A DNA stretch of 34,060 bases from Octopus bimaculoides (taxonomy: Eukaryota). Numbering within the stretch: position 1 is the first letter of the stretch; every line of letters starts with the position of its first letter. The translations under genes were made by a program, and so were the position numbers. The stretch covers positions 46,868,499 to 46,902,558 of the forward strand of contig NC_068985.1 in assembly GCF_001194135.2 (NCBI RefSeq). Direction: 5' to 3'. The notes below the pieces were generated by a model. It did no database searches and was not told where the DNA came from. It saw nothing but the letters and a program-made list of their open reading frames with translations. Shown here piece after piece: positions 29,976-34,060 of this stretch.

Positions 29976-31283
29976 TTTACAATTTTCCCTGATATAATAC
30001 TAGAAAGCTAATCTTAATTTACGATCATAGTTTATATATAGTATGTTACCTTTGTTTAGAAATGTCTCTGTATTACCTCATATAATTTTCAGGGACACAT
30101 GCAAACAGAATCTTTAGGCTCGTTTATAGCTTTGGTAAAGTTCGGTTGAATCTAAAACTAACCGATTAATGCAATATTTTATATTCTTAAATTTCAGACT
30201 AGATACGTGCTGGGTCAGTTAGGTAGAAAATTTTAGTTTACTATAAATAATGTTTATGAGTAGATTTTTATTTATAGAAACGTGTAATATCAATTTCGAA
30301 TACAGTTATCATCCAAGAGACAATCTTCATTAGATCTACAATTACAGCGTTTTCTTATGCTGGCAGTGAATTTATATACGTATATAATTTTAGAAGCATT
30401 AATTTGTCTGCTTGATATTTTTACTAAAGTCAACAGGGCTTATTCGCCAGCACCTATATAATTAACATTCTCAATATTTTTACGTTTGTTTACTCATCAG
30501 GTATTTATTATTTTCTCTCATTCGTCTTCAAGTTGTAGATCGGTTCCGTGTAGTATAGGACTGTATATCATTCCCATCCTTGAGCCAAAATAATCCTCTA
30601 TAATTCCTTCTGACTTTAGTCATATTACAAGCCATATTATAATGGCTGCGAGATTAAGCAGGAGCTGGATATGAAGGCTTAATTGTTTTTCTATTATATA
30701 TCATATGATACCTATGATGTAGAGTGAAAAGTCTTTCCAGTATTTCGAAAAAAGGAAAAACAAATTTGGGATGAGTATTTTAATTTAATTAGCGAAATGC
30801 ACATTATATCAGGAAATTTCGCGCTTCCTTCATGCTTTCCTTGCATCTAATAACTGTATGCATCCTAGATATACATTTGATAGAAGTTAAGATCAACCCC
30901 ACGGAAATGAACATATCTAAAAAGCAAATCATTGTATGTTTATCGTCTCTTCGTATTCTATCCTGTTTATAAGCGCTGTTATTTTCAGTGACGTGGGTAC
31001 CATCAGCTATGCTAGTGTTAATAGTCATTGTGTAACTTGTTCGATCAATGGAATTTAAATTTGACCTCTTTCTAACCAGCTAATTTTTGGTATTCCAGCA
31101 TTGTCAATACCGAATGCTAGTTCAAGTCTAGTGTTCTTAAAATTGGAAATACACTTCTGGCCACTACGATTAAGAGCCTCAGTACTCTACATTATTTCTA
31201 AATATCGTATCAGTAGGAGATCGGTTAGAGATCCTTATGCAAATATTTTAAACTAAACCATCTCTGGCTGAATTAAGATGATA

Positions 31284-31284
<1 letters not shown>

Positions 31285-31352
<68 letters not shown>
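31285..31352. repeat. (ATCT)n microsatellite inside the Penelope relic
   Basis: Direct reading. Confidence 0.95.
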
Positions 31353-31353
<1 letters not shown>

Positions 31354-31992
31354 CTGTTGGTCCTCGTTCGGCTTAACAACGTATGGGCAATATGAATTTG
31401 AGTCGAGGTTTGATTTAAGATATAGGAGATTTACGTATTTTACTCCCTTTTCTAAAGTGATACATAAATTAAAATAACAGAAGGTGGTTTTCTAGGCCTT
31501 TCTAGGAAAGAAGGGGAATAATTACATACAGTTAGGATAGCGTCATCCCCGAATACCAACTTGCATCATAGGAAATAATTTGGCAAGTTCGTACAGTTAC
31601 CTGGGCCGAATCTAATTAGCCCATGGTCATGTAAAACCCATTTTCCCTGTACGCCCAAGTTCAACAGTCACCGTGGAAACAAATTCGTGTCCTGGCTATC
31701 ATAAGCACGGTATAATACTTGTTTCATTCTTGCTAATAACCACAATTTTCTTTCCGAAAATGAAAAATGTATTTAACAAAACTCGGGTGATAGAAACGAA
31801 TAGTTGTTTACGTCAGATGGTAAAAATGATAATTTACTTTTATTTTTCAGATTCACGAAACAGATAACGACTTCTTTTGAAAATCCCATCAGGTATAGAC
31901 GTATATAGTCTTTAACTGCAGGTATTATGCTATCTAATATCGACGTGCTAATTCTACTTTATTTCAGCTTCAGCTGCGCTTACCAGCTTTAT

Positions 31993-32395
31993 CTTTTATT
32001 TTTTACTTGTTTTAGTCATTCAACTGCAGCCATGCTGGGGAACCACCTTGAAGAATTTTTTAGTCGAATGAATTGATCCCAGCATTTATTTTTTGTTAAG
32101 CCTGATACTTATTCTATCGTTCTTTTTTTGCCGAACTGCTAATGTAACGGATACGTAAACGCACCAACACTTGTTGCCAAGTGGTACTAGGGAACAAACA
32201 CATACACAAAGGCACACATATACACACGTATTTTATATATACGACAGGCTTCTTTCAGTTTCCGTCTACCAAATCGACTCACAAGGTTTTGGTTGGCTCG
32301 TGGCTATAATAGAAGGCACTTGCCCAAAGGGCCACGCAGTAGGATTGAACCAGGAGCCATGTGGTTGGGAAGCAAGCTTCTTACCACACAGCCAC
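31993..32395 (-). mobile_element. SINE family B inserted in the Penelope ORF
   Basis: Reverse complement of the family B head and tail. GCTTTAT at 31986-31992 and 32396-32402 is a candidate TSD. Confidence 0.9.
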
Positions 32396-33204
32396 GCTTT
32401 ATGGAGATTTTTTTCTAAAACCTCCAGTTTGTGGTCTTCCAAAATAAAGCAGGGATATTTAAGCCTTAGAAGTTTAGTTCTATCAATTTCTAAAGTAGTT
32501 ACTAAAGAATCTGCATTAATGTTGAAGCTATTAATGATATTCACGTTATTTATCCTTCTTATAATTCTTTTTCAGTTCCTTTTGAGTAAATGTCATATAT
32601 GCAATACAGCCATAGAGAGGCTCTTTCCAGTTTTATCCGAAGGCTCACGTAACTTCTCGGGTTTTCGTATTTTCTTAACGATCTCCAAACGTTTCCTTTG
32701 AAAATGATTTTGATGCTTCCGGAGTTTTATGTTCTTGATATTTTAAGAACATCCCTTTCAAAAGAATCCAAATGTTGGTTATATGAAGATTTAAGAGTCT
32801 TGAAGCGGTATAAGTATCTATTCCTTTCCTTATCAGATGGGTTTCAATTTATCCATTTCGAATACATGTATTTGCAGAATTAAGATGCATTCAAAATTTC
32901 AGGCATAATTTTTGCATCCTAATGTATTGCAAACACACAAACACACGCGCGCGCACTCTCGTGCAAGCTTACATACTGCCATCTGGCAGACTCGATAGAG
33001 TAGGATATATTGTATTGCGGTAATTGTCCAGCTTCTCTACGCCATGGGTTCATATTCTACTGACGTCATATCATTTTTATTCTTTCGGTGTCTATAAACA
33101 GTCCTGTTCTTTCTTTCATTTTCTGGGAGAATTGGTTTGTGGTCCGACCTGGGGCAGAATGAACTCCAGGTTATTGCGGAGATGATGACCTATAGTACGG
33201 TTCG

Positions 33205-33207
<3 letters not shown>

Positions 33208-33289
<82 letters not shown>

Positions 33290-33341
33290 AAACCATCACC
33301 TCTCTGTCTTTGTCCGTCTCTGTCTCCTACCCGTCTCTCTC

Positions 33342-33394
<53 letters not shown>
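33208..33394. repeat. (ATCT)n (33208-33288) and (TA)n (33345-33394) microsatellites
   Basis: Direct reading. Confidence 0.95.
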
Positions 33395-33396
<2 letters not shown>

Positions 33397-33449
33397 TAAA
33401 TCCAAAAAGAAGAACAAACCCCCAAAACACAAAAATGCGAGGACGTGGT

Positions 33450-33600
33450 ACATGTAAAGTATTAGCAGACGCTCAGGGAAGGAAAGAAAGATGGTTTAAA
33501 GTTTCGAGCAACGCTCTTCTTCAGAAACAGAGGTAAGTCCAATAGAAAGGAAGACGGGGGAAGAAAATCGCCAACGATTCACACGTGGTTACATTTTATA
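33450..33600 (-). mobile_element. Non-coding Penelope pLTR-like unit related to 350-545
   Basis: Shared layout and hammerhead-like motif. Confidence 0.45.
33494..33528 (-). ncRNA. Minimal hammerhead-like motif with canonical CUGAAGA core
   Basis: Minus strand GTTT-CTGAAGA-A-GAGC-GTT-GCTC-GAAA-C-TTT-AAAC: perfect stem I (GTTT/AAAC) and stem II. Stem III palindrome broken (CTTT instead of CGTT). Confidence 0.6.
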
Positions 33601-33747
33601 TACCGAGTGTATGAGAGGTACATGTGTTTAGAAGACCCCAAAAAGTGTCAGGTAACGCTAAGTAAGAGCTATGGATAGACCGTGGTTAAACTCTTGGTTT
33701 GATAATGACACGAGTGAGGAGTCGAACGTAGGTATTGTATTAGCTTG

Positions 33748-33794
<47 letters not shown>

Positions 33795-34060
33795 CCGAAT
33801 GATAACAATTCGAAGGCTGAGAGGAATTTTCAGGACATTTATAACGAAAAGAGTCTTACAGCTGTTTCTGGAATATTATGGATATCCTTTCATCAGAGAC
33901 TGTGTGAGAAAATATCTGGGTTCGAATTATTGTGGAAAAAAACAGGGAATATAGAGGGAAATAAGAGAATGAAAGTAGAAATAAGATATATAAAGATATT
34001 GTAGTTGCAGTTCCATTATTCAAGGAAAATGGTGTATAGAAGTGTAATGTGTTTCCTGTA

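Larger units (their letters stand above)
29998..32880 (-). mobile_element. Near full-length fossil Penelope-like element (N-terminus, RT, linker, GIY-YIG), interrupted by a SINE and (ATCT)n
   Basis: Ordered motifs across many frameshifts and stops: NHFQRK...SDKTG; FILEDHK; ISTSILDSI; EVVICFVNLKNK..SFLPSDV; SITRVLL; FYMTMG*LDSAQV; RDDA; VNLL...YCPYVVKPN; RISNRS...EALNRSG; CNCRSNEDCLLDDNC; ST*LTQHVSSLK; FLNK...DRKLRL*. Confidence 0.85.

Noticed and set aside
30093-31891. Small + strand exon candidates with good splice sites (30093-30134, 31850-31891)
   Set aside because: Both lie antisense within the Penelope fossil, and no consistent multi-exon frame could be built.
32171-32701. 176-aa + strand ORF
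   Set aside because: Composite of antisense SINE B and antisense Penelope sequence.

Overview
AT-rich, microsatellite-dense eukaryotic draft-assembly sequence with roughly 3 kb of N gaps. The tRNA-derived SINE families look to me like those of octopods (coleoid cephalopods); this is recognition from memory, not a database search. I find no supportable host protein-coding exon, rRNA, true tRNA gene or CRISPR array. Most readable sequence resolves into nested transposon relics. These include two Penelope-like elements (one near full-length RT + GIY-YIG fossil), several restriction-like-endonuclease (R4/Dong-type) LINE fragments sitting in (TAA)n or (CATA)n microsatellites, a mariner, a piggyBac, three MITEs and about 20 SINE copies. 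The SINEs include a TSD-flanked dimer found twice and a head-to-tail SINE train. The least expected signals are RNA-level: a 106-bp inverted repeat whose arms each carry a hammerhead-ribozyme motif (one with an intact core), three further minimal hammerhead-like motifs, and an imperfect HDV-like pseudoknot candidate. A second notable signal is apparent microsatellite targeting, including an RLE LINE flanked by (CATA)n.
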